Origin: Squalus acanthias
Lineage: Eukaryota
Direction of reading: 5' to 3'
DNA: 64,000 nt
Assembly (NCBI GenBank): GCA_030390025.1
Contig: CM059431.1
Location: 110,548,001 to 110,612,000, forward strand
Both the position numbers and the translations under genes were made by a program. How positions within the stretch are numbered: the first letter of the stretch is position 1; each line of letters begins with the position of its first letter. The notes below the pieces were generated by a model that was not told the origin of the DNA, ran no database searches, and saw only the letters and a program-made list of their open reading frames with translations. This document shows, piece after piece, positions 35,736 through 48,295 of this stretch.

Positions 35736-36656
35736 GAAAAGAAAAGAAAGACAGACTTGCATTTATACAGTGCCTTGCACAACCTCAGGACGTCCCAGAG
35801 CGCTCTACAACCAATGAAGTACTTTTTTTGAAGTGTAGTCACTGTTGTAATGTAAGAAGCGTGGCAGCCAATTTGCGCACAGCAAGCTCCCACAAACAGC
35901 AATGATAATGAATTAGCGTGTCAGCCATGGCTCAGTGGGTCAGAAAGTTGTGAGTTCAAGTCCCACTCGAGAGGCTCAAGCACAAAAATCCAGGCTGACA
36001 CTCCAGTGCAGTGCTGAGGGAGCGCTGCACTGTCAGAGGTTCCGTCTTTCGGATGAGACGTTAAACCGAGGCCCCGTCTGCCCTCTCAGGTGGATGTAAA
36101 AGATCCAATGGCACTATTTCGAAGAAGAACAGGGGAGTTATCCCTGGTGTCTTGGCCAATATTTATCCCTCAATCAACATCACTAAAAAAACAGATTATC
36201 TGGTCATTATCACATTGCTGTTTGTGGGAGTTTGCTGAGCGCGAATTGGCTGCCGTGTTTCCTACATTACAACAGTGACTCCACTTCAAAAGTAATTCAT
36301 TGGCTGTAAATCTTTGGGACATCCTGAGGTCATGAAAGGCGTTATATAAATGCAAGTCTTTCTTTATATAATCTGTTTTTATGTGTTGGTTGTGGAATAT
36401 ATATTGGCCAGGACACTGGGGAGAACACCCCTGTTCTTCTTTGAAATAGTGCCATGGAATCTTTGACATCCACCTGAGAGGGCAGACGGGGCCTCAGTTT
36501 AATGTCTCATCCAAAAGACGGCACCTCCCACAGTGCAGCACTTCGTCGGTACTGCACTGGGAGCGTCGGCCTGGATTCTGTGCTCAAGTCTCTGGAGTGC
36601 GACTTGAACCCAAGGCCTGCTGACTCAGAGCGCGAGAGTGCTACCCACTGAGCCAC
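35736..36656 (-). mobile_element. Deu-domain SINE (tail 35736-35911, body/head 36368-36656) split by an oppositely oriented copy
   Basis: The two minus-strand pieces are contiguous in the family consensus. Confidence 0.85.
35919..36366 (+). mobile_element. Deu-domain SINE, near full length
   Basis: TGGCTCAGTGGG, GTTCAAGTCC, Deu-like core, tail GAAAGGCGTTATATAAATGCAAGTCTT. Confidence 0.88.
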
Positions 36657-37003
36657 TGCCTTAAAAGTCCTAACATTCCAGTGTTCATGGAGTCAAGGCT
36701 TCATAACATAATCCCCTTCATACTGCCAAGGGCCATGAACATATCAAGTTTGATCACCATGAATTGGATGTGCATTTAAATACCTAATATCACTGTCTTT
36801 CTGGATTGTTGCAATGTAGAAGCACACCTAACACGAGATTGACAGGGATAGGGTGCCTCTACCCGAGCAGAGGGTATCATATAAACAGAACCAGTCACAA
36901 GACTGATGCTGACTGGAAACCTGCTGCCGTGAAACTGCATGTGATTAGATGCACTCTTTAGACTAGTAGGGATAAAATAAAAATGAATAACTAACAAGAA
37001 AGA

Positions 37004-37209
37004 CCTGATGTGGAGATGCCGGTGTTGGACTGGGGTGGACAAATGTGAGAAGTCGCACAACACCAGGTTATAGTCCAACAGCTTTATTTGAAATCACAAG
37101 CTTTCGGAGCGCTGCTCCACTTCACCTGACGAAGGAGCAGCACTCCGAAAGCTCGTGATTTCAAATAAGCTGTTGGACTATAACCTGGTGTTGTGCGACT
37201 TCTCACATT
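37004..37209. mobile_element. Foldback pLTR insertion, family B, hammerhead motif 37122-37158 (+)
   Basis: 12-bp TSD TAACAAGAAAGA at 36992-37003 and 37210-37221; TCAC-CTGACGA-A-GGAG-cagca-CTCC-GAAA-GC-TC-GTGA. Confidence 0.85.
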
Positions 37210-37954
37210 TAACAAGAAAGAGATTGGGTACATAAACTGCCACTTGACATAGACTAGATTCGTCTGGATTTCAGAGACTGGACGCTGTCCACAAAAGTGC
37301 AAGGACATGGGGAGCCCCCTACTTGAGCATCATGCCTTGGTTACTTCTCACAATGCTCCTACCACAAAAGTCCGAGAGACTAAATGTTCCCCCCAGTAGA
37401 ACATGGGGTAAGAACTCTGGAAAAACAAGAGAACAAAAATACTTAACAACTGCTGCGGTTCCAGTCACCGACATCAAGCAACAAGGAGCAGATATTTTTG
37501 ACAAGAAACAAACAACATCTGAAACAGGTAGAGCCACATAATTGGCACTTTGACAAGACACGCAGAGAATACTTGAGGAGGGGATGGGGGCGAATGCACC
37601 AAGAAATACATTTTATTACATTATCTTAGTAGTGTGCTCCTGGCAAGGAGAAAGAATAGGCAATAGAGGACTCCTTGTACTCTTCAAGATGACAATTATA
37701 GATGGCCCCTTACATTAGGAGATTAGAAGGGAGAACATTTCTTTTGTTAAAATATACTCTAGAAACACACTCCAACACGCTTAAATTCGAGAACCAGAAA
37801 GAAGTATATACAGACAGCAAAGTTCTGTACGCATCGCAGTAATTAGCTATACCACATGATCTGCGCTTAAAAGATTCACGTTTTGTAAAAGCTCTGCCAC
37901 GATGTTAGTACCACAGATAATTGGGGAGGGATACCGTTTTTCAGAACACATGTA

Positions 37955-38218
37955 AACATAGAAACATAGAAGATAGGAGCAGGCCATTCGGCCCCTCTAG
38001 CCTGCTCCACCATTCAATGCGATCATGGCTGATCATCCAAACTCAGTACCCTGTCCCTGCTTTCTCCCCATATCCCTTGATCCCTTTAGCCTTAAGAAAT
38101 ATATCCAACTCCTTCTTGAATATATTAATGAATTGGCCTCTACTGCCTTCTGTGGTAGAGAATTCCACAGGTTCACCACTCTCTGGGTGAAGAAATTCCT
38201 CCTCATTTCTGTCCTAAA
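37955..38218 (-). mobile_element. CR1 3' end adjacent to the KLF12 donor site
   Basis: RRNFFTQRVVNLWNSLP and CR1 tail on the minus strand. Confidence 0.88.
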
Positions 38219-38243
38219 AGTGCAAAGGAAGAGTTGTACTTAC

Positions 38244-38373
38244 TCTTGTACAGCTCGCGCGATAGAGAGTGCTGTGGATCCAGTTTCATTAACACTGTCC
38301 AAAGTCACATTTGGCAGGTCGTCATCTTCACTATCACTTTTGATGCGCCCAGGTGACAGGCTCCTCAGTTGTG
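38244..38373 (-). CDS. KLF12: KLF12 coding exon (acidic central region), 130 bp; absent from the ORF track
   Basis: Reads (x)QLRSLSPGRIKSDSEDDDLPNVTLDSVNETGSTALSIARAVQ(D/E), matching the KLF12 DDDLPNVTLDSVNETGSTALSIARAVQ segment. Acceptor tttttatttgctacag; donor GTAAGT. Its phase 2 end joins 7922 in frame (GA|T). Confidence 0.95.
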
Positions 38374-39067
38374 CTGTAGCAAATAAAAACATATCATTGC
38401 CTAAGAATGGCCAGCCTACTTAGAACAAATAACCTCATTTTTTTTCTTTTAATATCAAACATGAACTTTCATCAGATCATTAAATTGAAGAGAGTTGAAA
38501 CACATCAACAGCCCTATACCACAGCTCATTCCAATATATATATTTTTTAATTATATAGTTTTTTTTCTTAAATTCAGGTCCACTTCCAATTATTACGGTG
38601 GCTATCTGTTCATTTAAAGGGGTATCACCACTATGCTAAAATATGTGCACGTTATTATGTCAGACATTTGTCAACAAGGATGTACCATGATGTGATTGGT
38701 GCCATGAAGATGTCATCACGCAATGATTATGTCCTTTTAAAGCCTCAAAAGAAATGAAACCAGCCATGTGAAATCTGCACCAGCGGTAAGAGTTGTAATT
38801 TCTATGTAATTCTATGACTGACCCACTTTACATTTCCAGCATTTTATTTTTTTTTTAAATTCAGATTTCAAAATATTGTACAGTGTGTTCAAATATCTGC
38901 TCCAGAATTGAGTCTGCCTGGAAACTCCCCAAAAGTGTGATCCTCTCTCTCCTGTCTTTCATACGAAAGGCAATTGTCATGATTTGTACATCACTTGGTC
39001 CCATTGCATACTTCCCCATTAAGAGGGGTGGATTGCGGTTAAGATGAGGAACAAACACCGACGGTGT

Positions 39068-39190
39068 TAGAATCATAGAATCAGACAGCACAGAAGGAGG
39101 CCATTCGGCCATTCGGTGGTAGAGCTAACCAATTAATCCCACTCCCCTGCTCTTTCCCCATAGCCTTGTAATTTTTTTTCCTTTCAAGCA
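39068..39190 (-). mobile_element. CR1 3' tail
   Basis: AGAATCATAGAATCAGACAGCACAGAAGGAGGCCATTCGGCC. Confidence 0.75.
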
Positions 39191-39813
39191 TTTAGGAATA
39201 CTGGTTGTAAAGGTTAGAATGGTCGTTATTTGCTTTCTTGATTTGTCCGACTTTCGTGAGCTGCAAAGTCGGAAATGCAAAACTAGTCGCTTACAAAAGA
39301 CGAAAATTGTCTTTGGTTTGATACATAGGAGAGACATGATCACCCTTTTGGAGGACATCATTGGCCAGTAGTGAAGATCAGAAATGGTAGGCAGCAGCCA
39401 ATATGTGCTGCAGGCAGGTGAGGCTCCCACCAGCAGTGAGGATTGATGAAATTATCTATACTATCGGGAGCATCGTGTGGAGAACCAACTGAATATCAGA
39501 AACGGACAGAACCGTAACCTTTCTTGAAAGATGGATCTCTTGTCACTTTTACAAACCTCAGTGGATAGATTATGTTATAATGGTAATTACAAACTGTATC
39601 CTGCTTCCCCCGCGAATTCGCCGTGCTAGATATCCTTCTACAAGTGTTACAATAAGGAAATGAGTACCATTTTATTGTAACCCCCATGCTTATGGCTTCT
39701 GAGGAATCGTCTATCAAGTTTTACAGCTCATTACGATAGCCAACCTCTTGTGGCATATCTAACGATGCAAGGATGTCATACCCTATCAAAAGGTTCCACA
39801 ATATCACTGGTTA

Positions 39814-40068
39814 CATAGGAACAGGAGTAGGCCATTTAGCCCCTCGAACCTGTTCCGCCATTCAATTAAAATCTTGGTTAATCTGTGCCTTAAATCCATC
39901 TCCATCCTTGGTTCCGTACCCCCCTAATACCCTTGCCTAACAAAAAATCTATCAATCTCAGTTTTGAAATTTTCAATTGACCCCCGCAGCCTCAACAGCT
40001 TTTTGTGGGAGGGAGTTCCAGATTTCCACTACCCTGTGTGTGAAGAAGTGCTTCCTGACGTCACCCTG
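39814..40068 (-). mobile_element. CR1 3' end
   Basis: RKHFFTHRVVEIWNSLP on the minus strand; CR1 tail. Confidence 0.85.
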
Positions 40069-40973
40069 ATGTACTCCTGGAACTTTTGTGCTGACCATGG
40101 AGAGAACTGCTCCTCTTCTGGATCAGGAAACTAAACGTGCCGCCAGTTGACCAATTTGCTCTGAAGATAAATTGGGAGCCAGATAGTCAGTCTCTTTGAT
40201 GGAGCACCTCATTCATTATGGGTTCCTCCATTGTGTTGTGGCTAAGCATAATATTTGCAGCTTTCCACTTGCAATTGGACAACAGTGATTGACTGGGACA
40301 GTTGAAGTAGGTGATCCAGAGGAGCAGCTAGTTTCTCATTGCAGACATTTAGAACCTTAGCACCTACACACCCGGGACCCGAAGCTCTCCTCAGTTAGTT
40401 CATAAAAGGAGTTATTTTACTTTTCTGAACCATGTCTTGATGTGGGTGATTTTATTGCCATACTTTGATCGCGTTTTTTTGGTACATGAACTAGGATTCC
40501 ATCTGGCTTTTCAACAGAAACAATGTCCACCAATTCCCGACAACCGGCATGGCTTGCTGCTTCCAGAAGAAAAATCCCGATAAAGGGTAGTAGCACTACA
40601 ATTGCATAAAAAGCGGGAGATGGGACAGTTGATGGAGGTCAGGAGCCAGGCACTGGCAATACTTTGTCACACCTGCAATTACGTTGCTTTTCTCTCCTGT
40701 TTATCTTGTGTAAACGTCTGAGCAGGTGCTTCAGAATGTTAGAGTTTGGAGTCCAGCTCTGGGCCTGAGCACAACCATATGGAATTGTATCTGATCTTTT
40801 CCCAGCCATTTGCACAGACTGATTGGATGGTTGACAATGCTGAAGAGTAATGCGGGGAACCAACACTTCGCTTCGAGTGTATCTCCTGTTAATCAGGGGT
40901 TCCATTACTTTTGGATACTCCCACCTATTTATCCACAGTACTGTGGTTCTAGAAGGATCTTTATGGATGCATG

Positions 40974-41222
40974 GGCCTCGATATTAACCCCCTCACGACC
41001 TAGGCAGGAGACTGCAAGGGTCTCCGTTGCTGGTGTTCCCTCCCGCCCACCGGCCAGTCTGCCCATTTGGTCGTCTGCCAGGCGGGAAACGGAACCAAAA
41101 AAAAAAAAATGTTAACAAGGTCCTGCTGTTAAAACTCGGCAGGCTCTCCGCCTCCCCGGAATTTCCGGGTTCTTCGGCCGTTTTAGGCCTCCCCCGCACC
41201 CTCCCCGTAAATATCGGGGCCT
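40974..41222. mobile_element. Short Harbinger-like MITE
   Basis: TIRs GGCCTCGATATT / AATATCGGGGCC; ATG on both flanks. Confidence 0.7.
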
Positions 41223-41750
41223 ATGCTGTTCAAAGGATGGAAGAAAGGGCACAAATCAGTTACAAAATGCGGGGCGGGGGGGGAGGAGGGGGAATGTTTG
41301 TTAGTCATTCATATATCTGCTAATGCTATTACTTACCTATCTCCCCTTCAATTATAGTATGGTGCCAGGAGTGGTTGTGTGGAACAATACTGTGAGGCTG
41401 CAGGCCGAATGGTTTTTTCACAATGCACTGTTGAGCGTCCACTATAATTGAAGGGAAGAAATAGCATTATATATATATATATATATATTTTGTAAAATAC
41501 TGAGTGTATTTGGTCCCACTAGCTACAGAACATTAGGGGCGCGAGTTCAGACACATCTTCAAAGGTCTGAACACATTAAATTGGCAACATTTGATGAGGA
41601 TGTGTTAATTGAGTTCTACCCTGTTAATGGCGATGGAATTTCCACAGTAACTTCATTAGTAAAAGATGGACTACTCTGTGGTGTACTATAATGTGTCGTG
41701 TACAACATAGCAGAGAAATCCAATCGGCTATTGGGCAGTGCTGATTCATG

Positions 41751-42987
41751 GGACTCGATTTTATGCCCCCTCCCTCCTGATCAGCAGGAAAGGGTCAGTC
41801 GGACGGGGGTTAAAATCCCAAAAGTCAAAATCCCGCCAACAACCCATAGCGTTCCCGGCCACCGAAATATTAAGGGCGACGATTCGGGTCTTCGAGGAGG
41901 CTCCAGCTAAAAGCAGGCGGTGACCTACTTAACTGTCAGCCGTGGCTCAGTGGGTAGCACACTCGCCTCTGAGTCAGAAGGTTGTGGGTTCATAGTCCCA
42001 CTCCAGAGACTTGAGCACATAAAGCTAGGCTGACACTCCCAGTGCAGTGCTGAGGGAGCGCTGCACTGTCGGAGGTGCCGTCTTTCGGATGAGACGTTAA
42101 ACCGAGGCCCGGTCTGCTCTCTCAGGTGGACGTAAAAGATCCCATGGCACTATTTTGAAGAAGAGCAGGGGAGTTATCCCCGGTGTCCTGGCCAATATTT
42201 ATCCCTCAATCAACAAAACAAAAACAAACAGAATATCTGGTCATTATCACATTGCTGTTTGTGGGAGCTTGCTCTGCGCAAATTGGCTGCCGCATTTCCC
42301 ACATTACAACAGTGACTACACTTCCAAAAATTACTTAATTGGCTGTAAAGCGCTTTGAGATGTCTGGTGGTCGTGAAAGGCGCTATATAAATGCAAGTCT
42401 TTCTTTTCTTTTTAAGATGCAGAGGTCGTGGCCCGATGACGTCCTTGGCGCCGCAACGTAATATTAATGTCAAGGCAGGGAGAGTCTTGCACTGTCTGCA
42501 GCCCAGCAGCAGAACCATGGAGGGAGGAGCCTACTGGCCAGAAGAGGCCCAGGTAAGTTTTTAAAAACTCCCTTATCTTTGGACTCCTTGTGGGCCAGGA
42601 GGAATGGGGGTGCTTTACCCCCCCCCCCCTCCTCCTCCACACCCCTCGAGGAATCCTTGGGCCTCCCCAGCCCACCCCCAGATCACGCACCGGAATGGAA
42701 TCTCTAGCTCTCCCCAATTCTACCCGGGGACCCACAATGGGCTGCTGGGTCCGTTCCCACGGGTCCCCGACTGTGGCTTCCTGCGGCCAAATTCTCGCTG
42801 CCGGCCAGGTGGTGAATATGGTCGGCTGTCGGGCGGGAGTCTGGGAAGTTTTATTCAAATGAGGCCCCGCCGTTAAGATGGGCCAGGCCTCCACGTCTGT
42901 GACCTGGCCGGGTTCACTGCCCGCTGCCGGGCTCCCCCCAACCCCCAACCCTTTCCACCCACCCCACCCACTGTAAAAATCGAGGCC
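41751..42987. mobile_element. Harbinger-like MITE containing a nested SINE
   Basis: TIRs GGACTCGATTTTA / AAAATCGAGGCC; 3-bp TSD ATG at 41748-41750 and 42988-42990. Confidence 0.75.
41934..42413 (+). mobile_element. Deu-domain tRNA SINE, full length
   Basis: TGTCAGCCGTGGCTCAGTGGGTAGC head, Deu-like core, L2-like tail AAAGGCGCTATATAAATGCAAG. Confidence 0.9.
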
Positions 42988-43065
42988 ATGATTTCTGTGC
43001 GGAACAGTCAAAATACATCTGCACTGGGCACTGCTCTTGAGAGAACGTCATTACTTATAGTCATT

Positions 43066-43709
43066 GGCCTAAAAATTCGGTTGCTTTGCGCCTCCCGTTA
43101 GCGCTCTAAGAGGGCGCTAACGGGGCACAAAGCAACTAGCGCCCGGGCGCAGTGCCGCCAACGCCTCCCGTGAAATTCAGCGGGAGGTTAGCAGTGGCAG
43201 TAACCGTTAGCGCCCTGTGGTGCTGCGCTGCCGGCGATGACGTCATCGCCGTGCGCAGCGCCCCGCTCGCGCCCCGGACGCGATCTTCGGTAGCGCCCCT
43301 TGACTTACCGCCGGACGCTATGTCCGACGGGGTCAGGGGGGCTTACCTGCGGCCGGGGCGGCACAAATTAAAGGGGAGGTGCCAGGCGACCATTTTTGTT
43401 GCTGGCCACCTGCCAGCACCTGCCCCCTCTGCCGTCCCCGGCATCCTCTGCAGCCCCCCTGCGGAGTGCTGGCTGCGCTCCGTGAGCCCGGGACTTCTCT
43501 AGTGCTGGGCTCTTTTGCCGGCACTCCGATCCCTGGTGGCCCAGCTGGGCCCCGGGTCGCGCTGCGCAAGGCCCCTCCCTCTTGGGGCGCTACTGGTGAA
43601 TTTCAGCCGCGGGGGGGCGCTAATTTTTCCGGGGCGCTAAAAGTAGCCCCCCCCCCCCCCCCGGATGAAGGTAGCACCCCAAAGGGGGCGCGACCTAATT
43701 TTTCCCCCC
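43066..43709. mobile_element. GC-rich Harbinger-like MITE
   Basis: TIRs GGCCTAAAAATTCGGTTGC / GCGACCTAATTTTTCCCCC; TSD ATT; same family as 21916-22562. Confidence 0.85.
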
Positions 43710-45006
43710 ATTATGTATCATAAAGAGAGAATAGATCAGGGATAAACAATGTGAAGCAGTGGATTATGAAAAATACGATATTCAGTGGCATTTGGTCAGA
43801 GAACTCCTGAATGCCACAAGTTAAAGAAGATTCATATACCAGTTTGCGTACTGACATAGTTGTAATACATTTTCTTAACGCAGTAACTTATATTGAAGCA
43901 GCTTGAGGTTTACTTTTTGTAATTAATTCACCACCATCATGTCATATTTTCTATGTATTCAATACATCAAAGTGCTTTTTAAAAAATAGTTCTAACAGTT
44001 ACTTATTGTGGTAATTTTTTTTATTTTTGCAGAGGTTGATGCAGAACAGAGGTGGTCAGGTTGATACCATCGGTGTTCTGTTGGGCTTGTGTCATTGTCG
44101 CTTAGCCTTTGGGTCTGTCAACTCAAATTGGGAAAGCCCATCAACTCAACATTGCAATGGAAAGCAGAAGGAAGAAGGGCAGGAAAGATAAACTGAGCAG
44201 TAAGATTGGGGACAGGAGAGACCGGAGGAAAGGCTGATGCAGGCAGCAGCAGAATGGTAGGGAAGATGGTGAATGATTAACTATCTGCTCGCAGGGGAAT
44301 GAAAATCAGACGGGTTGCTTACAGTCGTGCTACACACAGTTCAAGTAGTTGCTTATAAAATCTTTAAACCACAAAGTATCACTTTCTGCTGTAAATACCA
44401 TATGTGTTGGATAAATGATCTTATTTACGTAGCACCACTTCTTAAATCCCATTTTTGGCTGAATGTTTTAACAAACATAAGTACATGCAAGAAAGCTGGT
44501 TTTAGCTAAATCCAATTTTTTTAAATGTTTAATTTGCTTCAAATCATTGTAATTCACGCTCTGTGGTGACTGGGGAAATCCCAACAGAAGCCCTGCAGCT
44601 AAATGAACAGGCTGATATATCATCTAAACCTGGCAGCTTCCATTCTGTGGAACAGAGGGTATTTGGGTCACGGTCAAAATAAATCTTTCACATCAGCCAC
44701 TGAAAAACATGGACGCTGCAATTAAGTCAACCCAAATGTAAAATTATATACACTGCTGTAATTAGCTTAAGGAGGTACAACGGCTAAATGATAAAGAAAG
44801 AGGATAATACAACATTAGAGAATGATTGCGAATGTGCTCATAACTCAAGACAATAAAAAGGCTTACTCTGGTGTGGGGAATATTTTGGTACACAACCACT
44901 TACAAAAGGATTTTTTCATTGTTCTTATTTTGCAGAATGAGCGATCCACTGCCCTTGTTCCTCACTCGTTATGGTGCAGGAATGGAGTGGAGCAGGACTT
45001 GACCAT

Positions 45007-45458
45007 AAAAGAAAGACTTGCATTTATATAGCGCCTTTCAGGACCACTGGACGTCCCAAAGCGTTTCACAGCCAATGAAGTACTTTTGAAGTGTAGTCAC
45101 TGTTGTGATGTAGGAAACACGGCAGCAAGCTCCCACAAACAGCAATGTGATAATAACCAGATAATCTGTGTTTAGTGATGCTGTTTGAGGGTAAATATTA
45201 GCCAGGACACCGGGGAGAGCTCCCCTGCTCTTTTCAAAAGAGTACCATGGGATCTTTTACATCCACCTGTGGGAGCAGATGGGGCCTTGATTTAACGTCT
45301 CATCCGAAAGACGGCACCTCCGACAGTGCAGCGCTTCCTCAGCACTGCACTGGAGTGTCAGCCTAGATTTTTGTGCTCAAGTCTCTGGAGTGGGACTTGA
45401 ACCCACAAGCTTCCTGAACTCAAAGGCGAGAGTGCTACCCACTGAGCCACAGCTGACA
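45007..45458 (-). mobile_element. Deu-domain SINE, full length
   Basis: Reverse complement of 41934-42413. Confidence 0.9.
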
Positions 45459-47629
45459 CATCCATATATGCTCCGAAACACTGTGTTAGCACATCAACAT
45501 TCAATGCCACCTCACATCTTCAGGCTTAGAGAGCTCAAAGAACTGAAGCTAGGAGGCTTAAAGTTTCAATCCATTGATACAGATCTGAATCCAGAATGAG
45601 AAATTTGAATCCATGAATGCAGGGCGGTTTTGGAAGAGAAAAAAGCAGAACCTGATAACCTTGATCTGTACCTGACAACAGAGATACAGATCCTGAAATA
45701 AAGGCAACACTGGGACCTGAGGCTGCAGCTCTCAAGACCCATGTTCTACCATGGGCAGTAAACCAACTGGTGGCCACCAGGAGGCCGCTCCATTCCCCAG
45801 GCACTATTTTTTAATGTTGAGAGAGAGCCGGTGACTCTGCAGGTCCACCTGAGCAATTTTTAAACCCAGCTTTACATCTGACTGCAGTCATTCACTGCAA
45901 AGTGTTGAGCCTAAGCAGTGTGAGATGCTCTACTGCTCAGGATCTCTAACCCCATGCCTTTTAGTATTCTTGGGAACTAGGTCAGGTCCTGGTCATATTG
46001 ATACAGTGCCAGCTTTTCATTAATGCACACCCCAAACCGCTTTACATCATCAACACAAAAGCACCCGTATAACTGCACCCAAAATTCAGAGCTGAATTCA
46101 ATCTTAAAGATCCAAATTGTAAGTACAGAACTGTCAATGCAGTTGTAATTTAACAGTTGCCCAAACCCAAAAATGATAGTTCTGAAACTAAAGTAATGAA
46201 ACTTCTTTTTATATTTTAGTTACACAGAGACCGGCACGGACTTGATGGGCCGAATGGCCTCCTTCTGTGCCGTTATGACTCTATGACTTGGCGCGTAATG
46301 CAAGTCAGAAATCGAATCGGGTCAAGTACGTGCCCTGCTCTATTGAATGGCATTGTATGTATGATGAATGTTGCATGTATGGACAATGGTAGGAAGTGAC
46401 AATGGGAGGAAGATGCATGACATGGCTGGTGTAGAAGGAGGGACTAGGTCATGAGTAAATTGAGAATATATATTGGCACCAGTACGAGAGCAAACCCTTA
46501 GTAAGTCTGATGTGCACCATGGTGGTTGAGAACGTGTCGTTCTGACAGTTTATGGTGGCTAAGAGTTCTGTTTTCTGATTGAATCCAACCTGCCTCCTAC
46601 TTTAAACGGGATATCAGGAATGCACTTGGAGCAAGAATGATGGGGCCTTTCTAAGGGCTTCCCTTCTCCAGTTTCTAGAAGTCGAGCAACCCCTAGAAAA
46701 TGAACATGCCCATTCCCTATAGGGGCCTATACCATGATGTATCGTGATCTTTTTCAGTAACAGAGGATTTAACTACTGTATTTTATTACCTATTTAAATC
46801 TAGGCAGAGGGCTTGTTATGCTACCCAAGTAGAGTTCCTGTTTATTCAGCTGGATAAGAAGTAGACGCCATAATGTGAGCTATACTTTTGGAATGCAGTC
46901 AGCGGTTGAGGCAAATTGGCATGAGACAATGTGTTCTTTAATCTGATGATACTGCATATATGACTTTTTCTCAGTTTGTAGGGGTTCTTTTCGAAGAGGA
47001 GATTCATGTTTCTCTATGGGTAATAATGGATTTTAATTGACTTTCAAAGAACAACAAATGTTCTACCTTTCACTGATGGACTCGTGCACCACATGACGTC
47101 AACCATTGAGCAAGCCAAGCTCATTAAATTAGCCCAACCCATCCCATTCCAGCTAGTTGCTCGATCTTTCCACTGCATGGGGAGAAATGTAATCACTCTC
47201 TGCTCCCATTACTTCCACCTTTTTCTCCCTTAAAGGAGCACCATAATTATATTTTCTTCATACCCATTATCACATCAAACAACACAACAAAGCGATTCTT
47301 TTTACCCTCCTCTCACTTTCTCCCCCTCTTCTTCTGAAGGTGTTGGTGCCATCCAGTAACATATCTAAGTAGCTTTTATTCATGAAAGTTTTTATTACAG
47401 GCTATGGAGAACATCATAGCTGAGCCTGATTCGGTCTTCATGTTACATCCAGATACTCACGTATGTGGCAAGGGTCAATAGGTAGAGATCGGGAGCCCTG
47501 GCCAATTTTGTGCTCTCTGATCCAAAAGCACTTCAATCAACTGTAGCAGTTCTACCTCTGCTCTAGCTTAGCCCAATCACCACAGACTGGGAATCGAGCC
47601 TGGGACTTTCCTTGTTTAAATGGCTCCGG

Positions 47630-48295
47630 GACAGAGACTGCGGCACCGATATTGGTGATGAGGGTGCGTGGGAGGCTGAAAGCGGGCGAAGAACCTGGCA
47701 AGGCCCGGGACGCAGAGGTCCTGCCGATCTTAACAGCAGGACCTCATTATCAATTTCATGGTCCGTTTCCCGCCGGCAGCTGGTCAAATTGACAGCCTAG
47801 CCGGTGGCTGGGAGGAATGACCGGCGGCAGGAGGCCGTCCCCCGGGACTCTTATGGACGGTCCCTGGCAATTAGGAGGGGAAATGTGCGGCGATCGTGGT
47901 GGGGGGGGTGGGGAAAAGAGGCCGTGATTGGCTCTGAGGGAGGCTGAAAGCTTTCTTGAGGGGCCGGGGGGGGGGAAGCACTTCTGCTCCTGGCCCACAA
48001 GGAGTGCTGAAAAAGGCTCTTCCCTTGTGGAGCCAGCAGCTCCCATCTCCCTTTCACTGCCGGGTTTCCCGACCCCCGTCAAACCCGTGCAGCAACTGTG
48101 AATTTTAAATCGGACTCCCAATTGTACTGTGGGAGCCCGATTGTAAAATGCTAATGAAGTGTTCCACCTCTCGGACGCCCTGATATCCGCCGCGGGAGTG
48201 TGCACTCCGTGTTTGGGAAGTGTTCCCCATATTTAAATATTTAAATCCCCCTTCCTGCCAAACACAGGAGGGTTAATAGCGAGGCTTTAACTCTG
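47630..48295. mobile_element. GC-rich MITE-like element
   Basis: CpG-rich block sharing motifs with 41751-42987 (CTCCTGGCCCACAAGGAGT is the reverse complement of 42583-42601); termini uncertain. Confidence 0.55.

Noticed and set aside
39480..39810. Possible transposase or RT remnant
   Set aside because: No convincing motif in the frames I read.
41934..42010. tRNA gene
   Set aside because: The A/B boxes are the head of a multi-copy SINE that continues into a Deu-like core and LINE-like tail.
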